The position numbers and the translations under genes were made by a program. Shown piece by piece: positions 63,884 through 64,000 of a stretch of DNA of 64,000 nt (within the stretch, counting starts at the first letter, position 1; every line of letters starts with the position of its first letter). The DNA is from Octopus sinensis (lineage: Eukaryota), in assembly GCF_006345805.1 (NCBI RefSeq), contig NW_021832970.1, positions 1,270 through 65,269 of the forward strand, written 5' to 3'. The notes under the pieces were generated by a model. It was not told the DNA's origin. It made no database searches and was given only the letters and a program-made list of their open reading frames with translations.

Positions 63884-64000
63884 TGAGTGAGAGAGCAGCA
63901 CATGGTATTGAAGTGACGCTGGGGTACAAATATACGAAGCCCCAATATACCCAGCATAACTACCCGTCTGATAAGACACGTGCATCACAACCATATGTGC
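63884..64000 (-). mobile_element. 3' end of the unclassified 17041-17599 repeat family, with (ACT)n tail
   Basis: Reverse complement GCACATATGGTTGTGATGCA..CTTATCAGACGGGTAG..GGGCTTCGTATATTT..GCTCTCTCACTCA matches ~17475-17599; runs off the window end. Confidence 0.85.

Overview
Eukaryotic, repeat-saturated non-coding DNA, most likely a large intron or gene desert of an octopus/coleoid cephalopod. That origin is inferred from the microsatellite density and from SINE families I recognise as octopus-type; it was not checked by a search. I find no intact host gene, rRNA, true tRNA or CRISPR, and almost all ORFs in the track are translated microsatellites. Three tRNA-headed SINE families are present under working names: SINE-A (head GGCGGCGAGCTGGCAGAA), SINE-B (head GGCGCRTGGCYTAGTGGTTAG, core GTTGTGTYCTTGAGCAA) and SINE-C (head GGCGCAGGAGTGGCTGTGTGG, CORE-like CCTTGGGCAAG). 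There are also decayed fragments of CR1-group, L1/Tx1, RTE and Penelope-like (PLE) retroelements, a mariner end, a Chapaev-type transposase, a non-autonomous Helitron, a TA-flanked MITE and a 3.6 kb (ATGT)n array. Two systems stand out. (1) A young SINE-A variant carries a 3' tail homologous to LINE-like 3' ends that sit inside microsatellites. It repeatedly inserts into the head of its own family at two fixed positions, once with an explicit 15-bp target duplication. (2) At least 8 minimal hammerhead-ribozyme motifs occur in PLE pseudo-LTR-like modules. Several have recurrent non-canonical cores, and one near-identical inverted pair encloses about 2.9 kb. Family names rest on recalled motifs, not database searches.
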